Of a DNA stretch of 34,115 nt, positions 1-8,829 are shown piece after piece. The position numbers and the translations under genes are program-made. Each line of letters starts with the position of its first letter. Positions within the stretch are counted from its first letter, which is position 1. The notes beneath the pieces are model-generated. The model saw nothing but the letters and a program-made list of their open reading frames with translations, was not told the origin of the DNA and did not search any database. Source of the stretch: Burkholderiales bacterium. GTDB taxonomy: Bacteria; Pseudomonadota; Gammaproteobacteria; Burkholderiales; Eutrophovitaceae. The stretch is from contig JASFUE010000003.1 of NCBI GenBank assembly GCA_050050435.1, forward strand, positions 1 to 34,115. The letters run 5' to 3'.

Positions 1-1313
1 TAGCAGATTTCGACCAGTCGCCACACATATACGAGGGCGAGCAAGGAGCTGATCACAATGAGCGCGGCAAGCCACCACCAGCCTTTCTCGACCGCGGCCA
101 TGACGAGGTACCACTTGCTGACAAATCCGGCTGTCCCCGGTATCCCGATCAGGCTCAGGCCGCCAACGACCAGGCCGGCGGCGGTGAGCGGCATGCGCTT
201 TGCGAGCCCGGACATTTGCGAAATGACCGGTTGGCCGATCCGCAGCGCGACGCATCCCAGAAGCAGAAATATCGCGCCCTTGGTCGCGGCATGATTGAAC
301 AAATGAACGATCGCGCCGGTAAGACCACTTGCGTTGGCCAGGCCGATTCCGAGCGTGATGTAGCCAATTTGTGCCACGCTTGAATACGCGAACATGCGTT
401 TGACATCGTCCTGGAATATCGCGGTTATGGACGCGATGAACATTGCCGCCACCGACAGGGTGAGCAGCATTTCATTGAACGGCAGGTTCTGCAGGATGTG
501 CGACTGGCCGAATACCGTATAGCTGAAGCGCAGTAGCAGGTAGACGGCGACCTTGGTCGCCGTTGCCGCGAGAAACGCAGTCGATACCGAGGGCGCATAG
601 GCATAGGCATTGGGCAGCCACAGATGCAGGGGAAACAGTGCCAGCTTGAGCGATATGCCGACCGTCAGGAACGCCAGCGCAGCCAGTTGTGGTCGATGCA
701 GCGGAAGCTCGGCTATGCGTTGCGAAAGGTCGGCGAGGTTCAATGTTCCGGTCATCAGATAGAGCAGTCCAACGCCGATGACGATAAACGTTGCACCGAT
801 GGTGCCCATGATCAGGTATCGATATGAGGCAACCAGTGCGCGACGGTCCTGGCCATAAGCGATCAGAACGTAGGTCGCGAGCGACGAGATTTCGAGAAAT
901 ACAAAAACGTTGAACGCATCGCCCGTGATCGTCACGCCGAGCAATCCGGCCAGGCAGATCAGGAAGGCGGTCCAGAACAGATAATGCTGTTGGCTACGGA
1001 TTTCCGCCAACAGGCTGCGTCTTGCGTAAGGCACGATCGCAGCGGCAACAACGGAAACCAGTACCAGCACAAACGCATTGAGCGCGTCAATGCGGTACTC
1101 GATGCCCCACGGTGGCGCCCAGCCGCCAAACGCATAGGAGATGGTGCCGCCGTCGACGACCCGGAGAAGCATCGCGATGGAAATGGCTGCGGTTGCCCAT
1201 GTTGCAGACCATGCGACCAGCCAGGTGAGCGCGCTCCGGCGAAGCAGTACGCACAGGGGCGCGGCGATCAATGGCAGGACAACTTGCAGCGCCGGCAGAT
1301 TGCTTTCAATCAT
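1..1313 (-). CDS. mrpD: Mrp/Mnh Na+/H+ antiporter subunit D (3' end runs off the window)
   Basis: Not in the ORF track because it has no stop in the window. Manual translation from ATG 1313 gives MIESNLPALQVVLPLIAAPLCVLL...ISYAFGGWAPPWGIEYRIDALNAF..., with later TGDAFNVFVFLEISSL and FPLHLWLPNAY motifs of the NuoL/M/N-MrpD family. ATGA overlap with the mrpC stop. Confidence 0.92.
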   Translation of the reverse strand, partial: MIESNLPALQVVLPLIAAPLCVLLRRSALTWLVAWSATWATAAISIAMLLRVVDGGTISYAFGGWAPPWGIEYRIDALNAFVLVLVSVVAAAIVPYARRSLLAEIRSQQHYLFWTAFLICLAGLLGVTITGDAFNVFVFLEISSLATYVLIAYGQDRRALVASYRYLIMGTIGATFIVIGVGLLYLMTGTLNLADLSQRIAELPLHRPQLAALAFLTVGISLKLALFPLHLWLPNAYAYAPSVSTAFLAATATKVAVYLLLRFSYTVFGQSHILQNLPFNEMLLTLSVAAMFIASITAIFQDDVKRMFAYSSVAQIGYITLGIGLANASGLTGAIVHLFNHAATKGAIFLLLGCVALRIGQPVISQMSGLAKRMPLTAAGLVVGGLSLIGIPGTAGFVSKWYLVMAAVEKGWWWLAALIVISSLLALVYVWRLVEIC

Positions 1314-1666
1314 GTCGCGTTCTGATCCTGCTCCTGGATCTGTTCCTCTTCGACGCTGCCATAGGCTTCATGAATCCGCACGACCAGAGCAAGTCCGAGT
1401 GCAATTGTTGCAACGCCAACCACGATCGCGGTCAGGATCAGTACGTGTGGCAGCGGATTTGAGTACAGCGTGTAAGCGGGGTCGAAGATGGGCGCGGTTC
1501 CTCCGAGAATTTTCCCCGGAGAGATATAGATAAGGTAAACCGAGGTCTGGAAAATGCTGAGCCCGATGAGTTTCTTTACCAGGTTGCCGCGGGCAATGAC
1601 GATAAAAATCCCGGTAACCAGGAGAAACATCGCAATCCAGTAATTGATGAAATCCAGGAAATTCAT
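1310..1666 (-). CDS. mrpC: Mrp Na+/H+ antiporter subunit C (118 aa)
   Basis: NLVKKLIGLSIFQTSV and NPLPHVLILTAIVVGVAT motifs. The true start is ATG 1666, overlapping the mrpB stop (ATGA), not 1903 as in the ORF track. Confidence 0.93.
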   Translation of the reverse strand: MNFLDFINYWIAMFLLVTGIFIVIARGNLVKKLIGLSIFQTSVYLIYISPGKILGGTAPIFDPAYTLYSNPLPHVLILTAIVVGVATIALGLALVVRIHEAYGSVEEEQIQEQDQNAT

Positions 1667-2097
1667 TTTTCGCTGTATGCGCTGCGAGCCCGGCCGGCAA
1701 ACATGTAAAAGATCATCAGCATGACGCCCGCCACGGTGATGCCGACACCGAGCTCGACCAGAAAGATTCCGCGATGCTGCCCGTGCACCGGATCGTGCAT
1801 CAATGCGGAGTATTGCAGGAAGTTTCCTCCCATTATCATCGTGGCCACACCAACACCAGCGTAGATCAGCACACCCAGCGCGATCATCGTTTCCACAATC
1901 CACTCAGGCAAAACCCGGCGAGTGGTTTGCAGGCCAAAAATCAGTGCATGAAAGATCACCGCAGCAGCGACAATGACACCTGCCTGGAATCCGCCGCCCG
2001 GCCCGTAGTCCCCATGAAATTGCACGTACAGGCCGAATATCAGAATGAACGGAATCAGCAGCTTGGCGATGACTCTCAGAACCCGGTAACCGCGCAT
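1663..2097 (-). CDS. mrpB: Mrp Na+/H+ antiporter subunit B (MnhB domain)
   Basis: HGDYGPGGGFQAG and ELGVGITV motifs; four hydrophobic segments; operon context. Confidence 0.92.
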   Translation of the reverse strand: MRGYRVLRVIAKLLIPFILIFGLYVQFHGDYGPGGGFQAGVIVAAAVIFHALIFGLQTTRRVLPEWIVETMIALGVLIYAGVGVATMIMGGNFLQYSALMHDPVHGQHRGIFLVELGVGITVAGVMLMIFYMFAGRARSAYSEK

Positions 2098-2649
2098 CTA
2101 GTTTTGCTCCTCGTCACTATCGCTGCGCCAGCGCCGCCGAAGCAAGGCGATCACGCCGATTCCTGCCATGAAGATGACGGTGACCTCGCCGAGCGTATCG
2201 AATCCGCGATAGCTCGCCAGTACCGCGGTAACAATGTTGGGCACGCCGGTTTCCTGCGGGGCCTGTTCGATATACCTCGGCGCCACATGATGATGAATCA
2301 CGCTGTCTTTCGAGCCGAATTCCGGAAGGCCCAGCGTGCCGTATACCAGCAGCCCACCGGTTACCAGCGCCACGAGCAGAGGCAGCAGCGGATTGTGAAT
2401 CGGTTTCGCTTCTTCGCTTTGCGTAAGGTACAGGGTGCCGAGCAGCAAAATGGTGGAAACTCCGGCGCCAACGGCCGCTTCCGTCATCGACACGTCGACC
2501 GCATCGAGGACGAGGAGAATGGTGGCCATAAGGAAGCTGTAGAGGCTGCCCAGGATGACGACACCGAACATGTTGCGTGAGCGCACGATTGCGATTGCCG
2601 TTGCTGCCATCATCAGGAGCAGGACCGAGTTAATCAATGTCGTGGTCAT
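2098..2649 (-). CDS. DUF4040/MnhB-related Mrp subunit (equivalent to part of the MrpA C-terminus)
   Basis: DAVDVSMTEAAVGAG and NIVTAVLASYRGFDTLGE motifs, which are found in the C-terminal part of MrpA and in MrpB-like subunits. Confidence 0.88.
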   Translation of the reverse strand: MTTTLINSVLLLMMAATAIAIVRSRNMFGVVILGSLYSFLMATILLVLDAVDVSMTEAAVGAGVSTILLLGTLYLTQSEEAKPIHNPLLPLLVALVTGGLLVYGTLGLPEFGSKDSVIHHHVAPRYIEQAPQETGVPNIVTAVLASYRGFDTLGEVTVIFMAGIGVIALLRRRWRSDSDEEQN

Positions 2650-3077
2650 GATTGGTCCTGTATGCCATTGCGGCTGTCGGTCCCGGTGTTCGTTCCCGTG
2701 CGGGTGTTGTCTCGATCCGGTTCAACCGCGAGCAAAGGCGCCGATTTGTCCCCGAGCATCGACTCCGATCGTCCCGCGAGCAAAGGCTCGACACCCCGCA
2801 CCCGTGCGGCGCGCGCCAGTGCATGAGTAGCGGTGGGGCTGGTGAAGAACAGCAGCAGCGCAATCATCACCAGTTTGACCGTTACCAGCGTGAGGCCTGC
2901 CTGCAACATCATGCCCAGCAACAGGAGTCCGGCGCCGAGCGTATCAATCAGGCTTGCTGCGTGCATGCGGGTGAAAAAATCCGGCATGCGCAACAGTCCC
3001 AGTGCGCCGATCACGCAGAAAACGCCCCCGCTGACGATCAGGAGCCAGCTCGCCAGATTCAGGATTTCCGCCGTCAC
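2646..3077 (-). CDS. mrpG: Mrp Na+/H+ antiporter subunit G
   Basis: GLLRMPDFFTRMHAAS and TSPTATHALARAA motifs; GTG start overlapping the mrpF stop. Confidence 0.93.
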   Translation of the reverse strand: MTAEILNLASWLLIVSGGVFCVIGALGLLRMPDFFTRMHAASLIDTLGAGLLLLGMMLQAGLTLVTVKLVMIALLLFFTSPTATHALARAARVRGVEPLLAGRSESMLGDKSAPLLAVEPDRDNTRTGTNTGTDSRNGIQDQS

Positions 3078-3394
3078 TGAGGTTTGCTCCGTGCTCTAGC
3101 GGGACGTTTATCGGAATCAGGGCCGGGATCGCCAATGTCGCCGAGATCGCCGTGGCGGAAAAATTTCAGCACCGCGATCGTGCCGATGACGTTGAGCAGT
3201 CCGTAAACAATCGCAATGTCGAGAAACTCGGGACGTTCGGTAAGAAATCCCACTACAGCGAGTAACAACATGGCGACGGTGCCGGCCGAGTTGACTGCCT
3301 GAGTGCGATCGAACACCGTGGGCCCCGACAGGGCGCGGATGATAATGCCGGTCAGCGCAATGAGCAGTAATGCGGATGCGACTTCAAACATCAT
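3074..3394 (-). CDS. mrpF: Mrp Na+/H+ antiporter subunit F
   Basis: RALSGPTVFDR and FLDIAIVYGLLNVIGT motifs; three TM segments. Confidence 0.92.
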   Translation of the reverse strand: MMFEVASALLLIALTGIIIRALSGPTVFDRTQAVNSAGTVAMLLLAVVGFLTERPEFLDIAIVYGLLNVIGTIAVLKFFRHGDLGDIGDPGPDSDKRPARARSKPQ

Positions 3395-3408
3395 GAACCC
3401 GCTTTCTG

Positions 3409-3882
3409 TCAGGCGCCTTCGAAGCGCGTTACGCGGCGGTCCATCTCGCCATTGGCAAGTCCGCTGGCACCGTCTTGCGTGAGTGCATGGACCAGAATTT
3501 CATCGTCGCCGACATCAACCGAAATGGTGCCCGGCGTAAGCGTAATGGAATTGGCAAACGTGGTACGGCCCACGTCGGTTTTCTGTGTCGCGCGAACACG
3601 AAGCAGCACGGGGCTGATCGGCAAGCGCGGATGCAGAATGATTACCGCGACCTGCAGTGCAGACTTGAAAATTTCCTTGATCAGCCAGGGCCAATAGAAC
3701 AGCAATGCGCGCGGCACCAGTTGCACCGGATGGCCTTCCCGGTCGACGACATCCATACGCCGGGCGAACAACACGACGCCCAGGGCGCAAACAGCCCCGG
3801 CGCCTACCAGGAATCCTGTGTAATGACCTGAAAGTAGCAGCCAGAAGGCAAACAGAACGAGAAATGAGCTGACAAGGCGCAT
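3409..3882 (-). CDS. mrpE: Mrp Na+/H+ antiporter subunit E
   Basis: FWLLLSG N-terminus and FANSITLTPGT...VHAL motif; GGGAGGGGAAGG SD-like run upstream. Confidence 0.94.
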   Translation of the reverse strand: MRLVSSFLVLFAFWLLLSGHYTGFLVGAGAVCALGVVLFARRMDVVDREGHPVQLVPRALLFYWPWLIKEIFKSALQVAVIILHPRLPISPVLLRVRATQKTDVGRTTFANSITLTPGTISVDVGDDEILVHALTQDGASGLANGEMDRRVTRFEGA

Positions 3883-3950
3883 GCCTTCCCCTCCCGGTTG
3901 TATTTTCGTGCAGACACGGTGCCCTGTCGCGAGGCACAGGCGAACGGCGA

Positions 3951-3979
3951 ATTCTATCGACAGTATGAAGTGTGGACAA
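3951..3979 (-). promoter_or_regulatory. Sigma70-type promoter for the mrp operon
   Basis: The minus strand reads TTGTCC-N17-TAGAAT, with the -10 about 68 nt upstream of the mrpE ATG. Confidence 0.6.
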
Positions 3980-4301
3980 CCCGTTGACAGCGGGAAAGAA
4001 CACGCTGGACCAGCCGTAACCAGGGGGTGCGTATCGATGGCGAGGTGCTCGCGAACATGCCCGATATGACCTTAAAATGCACGCCGATTCCCTTGGAGGT
4101 GGGGAAAAAAGGTGGCCTCGGGGCATGATTACAAAATACAATCCCGGACTAAGCCTTTTAAGGCGTTCGGCGAAGCGGAGCCGGCCGTGCCGTATCAGGG
4201 ATGCGGTGGGCGGGCAAGCGGCCGCATCGTTGGGCCAGAAGATAGGGCCGGCTATTATCGGACCGGACCAGGCAAGGAAATCACTTGAGGAGGAGTCAAC
4301 C

Positions 4302-5522
4302 ATGAGCGAAGACCAGCGCGCAGGGCGCCGCATCGATCAACAACAGCCGGGCATAGATCAAAAATGGCTTGGTCGCAGACAGTTTCTGGGCAAAGCGGCC
4401 GTAGCGGGTGGTGCAGCCACGCTTGCCGCACTATCGGGCTGCGGTGTCGGTAGCGACAACAGTCAGCAACAAACGGGTTCCAGTGCCGCTTCCGGAGGTG
4501 ATTCGTCCTTGCCTGAACTCAGGCTCAAGTTCCAGGGTGCCTTTTCGCCAAAGGACCCGATATTTGAAATCGCCGCTGAGCTTTACAGATTCATCGACGA
4601 GTTGTCCGGTGGACGCATGACCGTCGAGCTCTTGCCCTCGGGTGCAGTGGTTGGCGCCTTTGATCAGGCCGATGCGGTCAACAAGGGTATTCTGGATGGC
4701 AGTCACGCGGTACCCGCATTCTGGTACGGCAAGAACAGCGCGCTGTCGCTGTTCGGAACCGGTCCCGCATGGGGCCATGATGCCAACACCTTTCTGGGCT
4801 GGATGGAGTACGGTGGAGGCAAGGAACTGTACGAACAAATCTATCGTGACGAGCTCAAACTCAATGTCGTGCCGCTTGCCTACGGACCGATGCCTACGCA
4901 GCCGCTTGGATGGTTCAAAAAGGAAATCAAATCGGCGGCACAGTTCAAGGGTGTCAAGTACCGTACCGTCGGCCTGTCCATTGACGTGTTCAAGAACATG
5001 GGGGCTTCGGTTGTGGCGCTGCCAGGCGGCGAAATTGTCCCGGCGCTGGAGCGCGGCGTGATTGACGCGGCCGAATACAACAATCCCGCCTCCGACAAGG
5101 CCCTCGGTTTTCCCGACGTGACCAAGATTTGCATGGTGCAAAGCTATCACCAGCCCGCGGAGATTCTGGAGGTTCTGATCAACCGCAACGTCTGGGACAG
5201 CATGCCGGAACAGTATCGGGCAATCTGGCGTGTCGCGGTCAAGGCCGCCAACAGTCAGATGTACTGGCGTACGATGGAAGAATATTCCAAAGCATATGAA
5301 GATTTGCGCGACAACCATGGCGTTAATTTCATCACGACGCCGACGGATGTTCTTGAGCTGCAACTCGATGCCTGGGACAAGATCATCGCCGACAAGGGAC
5401 CCGAGAACCCGTTCTTCGTGAAAGTGATTGAGTCACAGAAAGCGTATCTTGGTCGCGTACTCGGTTATCAGAACAAGTTCATCGTTGGAAGGCAACAGGC
5501 TTACGATCATTTCTTCAGCTAG
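4302..5522 (+). CDS. dctP: TRAP transporter substrate-binding protein (DctP/TakP-like, 406 aa) with Tat signal and lipobox
   Basis: GAGGAGGAG RBS before ATG 4302; GRRQFL...LSGC signal; QPLGWFKKEI, GVKYRTVG and GGEIVPALERGVIDAAEY motifs; followed by dctQM. Confidence 0.92.
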   Translation: MSEDQRAGRRIDQQQPGIDQKWLGRRQFLGKAAVAGGAATLAALSGCGVGSDNSQQQTGSSAASGGDSSLPELRLKFQGAFSPKDPIFEIAAELYRFIDELSGGRMTVELLPSGAVVGAFDQADAVNKGILDGSHAVPAFWYGKNSALSLFGTGPAWGHDANTFLGWMEYGGGKELYEQIYRDELKLNVVPLAYGPMPTQPLGWFKKEIKSAAQFKGVKYRTVGLSIDVFKNMGASVVALPGGEIVPALERGVIDAAEYNNPASDKALGFPDVTKICMVQSYHQPAEILEVLINRNVWDSMPEQYRAIWRVAVKAANSQMYWRTMEEYSKAYEDLRDNHGVNFITTPTDVLELQLDAWDKIIADKGPENPFFVKVIESQKAYLGRVLGYQNKFIVGRQQAYDHFFS

Positions 5523-5583
5523 GTTGCGGCTGGGGTATCTGATCAGATCGAAGTCCCCGCGGGAAATAAGAAACAGTCAGTGC

Positions 5584-5618
5584 GCGGATAGCCGGGGAGT
5601 GGTTCACCGGCTGTCTGT
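5584..5618 (+). other. Intercistronic stem-loop between dctP and dctQ (mRNA stabiliser or partial terminator)
   Basis: gcggatagccgg (5584-5595) pairs with ccggctgtctgt (5607-5618), including G-U pairs. Such hairpins often follow binding-protein genes. Confidence 0.45.
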
Positions 5619-5648
5619 TACCTGTTGCATCCACACTAAGGAATTGCC

Positions 5649-6236
5649 GTGAACCGCTACTTATTCTTGATCGACCGGATCAGCGCCTGGTCCGGGAAAT
5701 TGTTTGCATGGTCGGTGGTCATTCTGACGCTGCTCGTATGTTCCGACGTCACGTTGCGGTACATTTTCAATGCACCGAATCAGTGGACATTCGATGTCTC
5801 TAACCTTCTGTATGGCGTGCTGTTCATGATGGCGGGTGCCTATACCTTGTCGCGAAATGGCCATGTGCGTGCGGACATGGTGTATCGCACGCTCACACCG
5901 AAGACGCAAGCCTGGTTAGATCTTGTCCTTTACGTCGTGTTCTTTATTCCGGGGATTGCTGCGCTGGTCTATGCCGGCATTGAGTTCACACAGATATCAT
6001 GGGCGATGAGGGAAGTCTCCAGCGTCACATCCTCCGGTGTGCCGGTATACCCGTACAAGCTTTTCATTCCCATATCGGGCGGTCTTTTGCTCCTGCAGGG
6101 GTTCGCAGAAATCATTCGCTGTGTCCAATGCATTCGTACCGGCGAATGGCCGCAGCGTCTGCATGATGTTGAGGAAGAAGATATCGATCAGATCAAGGAG
6201 TTGCTCTCCGGCAGCGACGCAGAGGGGAAATCGTGA
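5649..6236 (+). CDS. dctQ: TRAP transporter small permease subunit
   Basis: Four TM segments; RYIFNAP and GAYTLSRNGHVRADMVY motifs; AAGGA RBS before the GTG. Confidence 0.92.
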   Translation: MNRYLFLIDRISAWSGKLFAWSVVILTLLVCSDVTLRYIFNAPNQWTFDVSNLLYGVLFMMAGAYTLSRNGHVRADMVYRTLTPKTQAWLDLVLYVVFFIPGIAALVYAGIEFTQISWAMREVSSVTSSGVPVYPYKLFIPISGGLLLLQGFAEIIRCVQCIRTGEWPQRLHDVEEEDIDQIKELLSGSDAEGKS

Positions 6237-7684
6237 ACTGGCCCAGATTTCTCAAATTCGAAGCCCGGACCATCGGGTTCGGCATCATCGGGTTCATTAT
6301 CCTCGGCTATATCCTGTTTTTGCCGCCGCCTTCGCAAATTACCAATCCCCACCTTGGCATGGTCATGCTGGGGGTCATCATTGCCTCCATCCTTCTCGGG
6401 TTTCCCATCGCCTTTACTCTGATTGGCCTGGGAATTCTATTCGGGCTGGTTGCGTTTTACCGGCCAGGGGTGCCGCTGCTGGAAAACCCGATATTCGACA
6501 ACATGGTGTTACGCACCTATGGCGTGATGACGGCGGACGTCATCATCGCGGTGCCGTTGTTCATTTTCATGGGTTACATTGTCGAGCGATCCGGAATCAT
6601 CGACAGGTTGTTCCGCAGTCTCGAGCTGTCGATGTCGCGGGTACCGGCGGCGCTGGCCGTTGCGACGATACTCACCTGTGCAGTGTTTGCTGCCGCGACC
6701 GGAATTATCGGTGCAACGGTGACGCTGATGGGTCTGCTGGTGTTGCCTCCCATGCTCAAGGCCGGTTACGACATCAAGCTTTCTGCAGGGTCTATCGCTG
6801 CGGGGGGCTGCCTGGGCATTCTGATCCCGCCCAGCGTGTTGCTCATTCTCTATGGCGCGACCGCCGGAGTATCGGTGGTGCAGCTTTATATGGGTGCTCT
6901 GATTCCCGGGCTGATGCTATCCAGCATGTATGTCGGCTACGTGATCATCAGAGCAATCATTAATCCGAAACTTGCGCCCAGGCTTCCAGCGGAGGAACTC
7001 AACGTTCCCGGGTTCGAGGTTCTCAAGATGCTGCTGACCTCGTTCTTTCCTTTGGCATTCCTCATTACGGCAGTGCTCGGCAGTATTCTTTTTGGCGTTG
7101 CCACGCCGACCGAGGCAGCGGCCGTTGGCGCACTGGGTGCCGCCATTCTTGCCGCATCCTACAAACGTCTGACATTCACGCGTCTCAAGGAATCGGCGTT
7201 TCTGACAGCGCGCACCACTGCAATGGTGTGTTGGCTGCTGGTGGGATCGTGGGTTTTTTCGTCGACGTTTGCAGCGCTCGGTGGCCAGAATGTTCTCGAG
7301 AGCTGGGTCTATGGTATGGATTTGTCGCCGGGCGGCTTTCTGTTTTTGTCGCAGTTATTGATCTTCCTGCTCGGCTGGCCTCTCGACTGGACGGTGATCA
7401 TCATCATCTTCGTACCGATTTTCCTGCCGATGCTGCCGAACTTTGGAATCGATCCGTTGTTTTTCGGTTTATTGACCGCGATCAATCTGCAGACTGCGTT
7501 CCTGTCGCCGCCGATGGCGATGGCGGCTTATTACCTGAAAGGCGTGGCGCCGCCCCAGGTATCACTTGCGCACATTTTCATGGGTATGGTGCCGTTCATG
7601 CTGATTCAGCTGACGGCGATGATACTGCTGGTTTTGTTCCCGGCAATCGGTATGTGGCTGCCACAGATTTTTTACAGCAGTTGA
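6233..7684 (+). CDS. dctM: TRAP transporter large permease subunit
   Basis: AVPLFIFMG, LGILIPPS, ATPTEAAAVG and QTAFLSPPM motifs; GTGA overlap with dctQ. Confidence 0.94.
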   Translation: MNWPRFLKFEARTIGFGIIGFIILGYILFLPPPSQITNPHLGMVMLGVIIASILLGFPIAFTLIGLGILFGLVAFYRPGVPLLENPIFDNMVLRTYGVMTADVIIAVPLFIFMGYIVERSGIIDRLFRSLELSMSRVPAALAVATILTCAVFAAATGIIGATVTLMGLLVLPPMLKAGYDIKLSAGSIAAGGCLGILIPPSVLLILYGATAGVSVVQLYMGALIPGLMLSSMYVGYVIIRAIINPKLAPRLPAEELNVPGFEVLKMLLTSFFPLAFLITAVLGSILFGVATPTEAAAVGALGAAILAASYKRLTFTRLKESAFLTARTTAMVCWLLVGSWVFSSTFAALGGQNVLESWVYGMDLSPGGFLFLSQLLIFLLGWPLDWTVIIIIFVPIFLPMLPNFGIDPLFFGLLTAINLQTAFLSPPMAMAAYYLKGVAPPQVSLAHIFMGMVPFMLIQLTAMILLVLFPAIGMWLPQIFYSS

Positions 7685-7756
7685 GCTGCTGTGGATTGAT
7701 TGCGTGCCCTGTATCCAGAGTGTCAGCCGGGCGGTTCTTGATTTCGGAATGAAGAT

Positions 7757-8740
7757 ATGAAAAAAGTTGTTGTTACACGTGAGGTGTTTGATGACACGAT
7801 CGAGTGCCTGGAAGAACATTTTTCCGTGGTCTCGAATCAGGAAGATCGACTCTTTGCACGCGACGAACTGATTAAATTGTTACAGGGCGCGGATGGCGTG
7901 CAGTCGTACTCGAGCGATCGTATTGATGACGAGCTGCTTACAAGGTGCCCGACGATAAAAGCGGTTTGCAACACTGCGGTCGGATACAACAATATTGACG
8001 TTGACGCGTGCACCCGCCGAGGTGTGATAGTCACCAATACAGCGGGTACGCTCGACGACAGCGTTGCTGACTACGCGGTGGGCTTGATGATTGCAACCTG
8101 TCGCCGCATGGGTGAAGGCGAGCGCTATCTGCGCGCAGGTGAGTGGCAGACGGTCTATCTGAAACAGACGCTCGGGCATGATGTCCACGGCGCTACCCTG
8201 GGCATCGTCGGATTTGGCCGCATTGGCCAAACAATTGCCAAACGCGCGCGCGGCTTTGATATGAACATTATTTATCACACTCGCAATCGCGTAGCAGCTG
8301 AAACCGAGCAGAAACTCGGCGCGCGGTATGTGAGCAAGGAAGACTTGCTCAGGGACGCGGACATCGTTTTGCTGATATTGCCCTATAGTCAGCAGACGCA
8401 TCATTACATCGGTGCGGAGCAACTTGCAATGATGAAACGCTCGGCCGTGCTCCTTAACATGGCGCGGGGTGGCATCGTTGACGACGCGGCCCTGGTTGAA
8501 GCTCTGCGCAAGAGGACCATCTGGGCTGCCGGACTCGATGTCTATGAGAACGAGCCGAATTTCAACAAGGGATTCCTTGATCTCGAAAACGTGGTTTTGT
8601 CTCCGCATATCGCCAGTGCATCGGAGCCAACGCGGCGCGCAATGGCGATGACAGCGGCGAGGAATCTGGTTGCTGCCCTGACCGGGGAACAGCCCCCGAA
8701 CCTGATTAATCCCGAGTGCCTGAATTATTCAGGCGCTTGA
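7757..8740 (+). CDS. ghrB: D-isomer 2-hydroxyacid dehydrogenase (glyoxylate/hydroxypyruvate reductase, D-glycerate dehydrogenase family)
   Basis: GIVGFGRIG Rossmann motif; NMARGGIVD, GLDVYENEP and SPHIAS catalytic Arg/Glu/His motifs. Confidence 0.85.
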   Translation: MKKVVVTREVFDDTIECLEEHFSVVSNQEDRLFARDELIKLLQGADGVQSYSSDRIDDELLTRCPTIKAVCNTAVGYNNIDVDACTRRGVIVTNTAGTLDDSVADYAVGLMIATCRRMGEGERYLRAGEWQTVYLKQTLGHDVHGATLGIVGFGRIGQTIAKRARGFDMNIIYHTRNRVAAETEQKLGARYVSKEDLLRDADIVLLILPYSQQTHHYIGAEQLAMMKRSAVLLNMARGGIVDDAALVEALRKRTIWAAGLDVYENEPNFNKGFLDLENVVLSPHIASASEPTRRAMAMTAARNLVAALTGEQPPNLINPECLNYSGA

Positions 8741-8829
8741 AATATCGCTTCACAATAACGACCGAATAAACCGTGATTCGTGGCAGCCTGGAATGAAGGC
8801 ACTGCGATTTCGCGTGACAACGAACAACC

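Noticed and set aside
3883-3950. Na+/Li+ riboswitch (DUF1646, nhaA-I/II) in the mrpE leader
   Set aside because: There is only one short hairpin and I could not match the consensus by eye. An Rfam scan would settle it.
4077-4301. 75-aa N-terminal extension of DctP in the ORF track
   Set aside because: The strong RBS and the signal peptide point to ATG 4302; the upstream part is promoter and leader.
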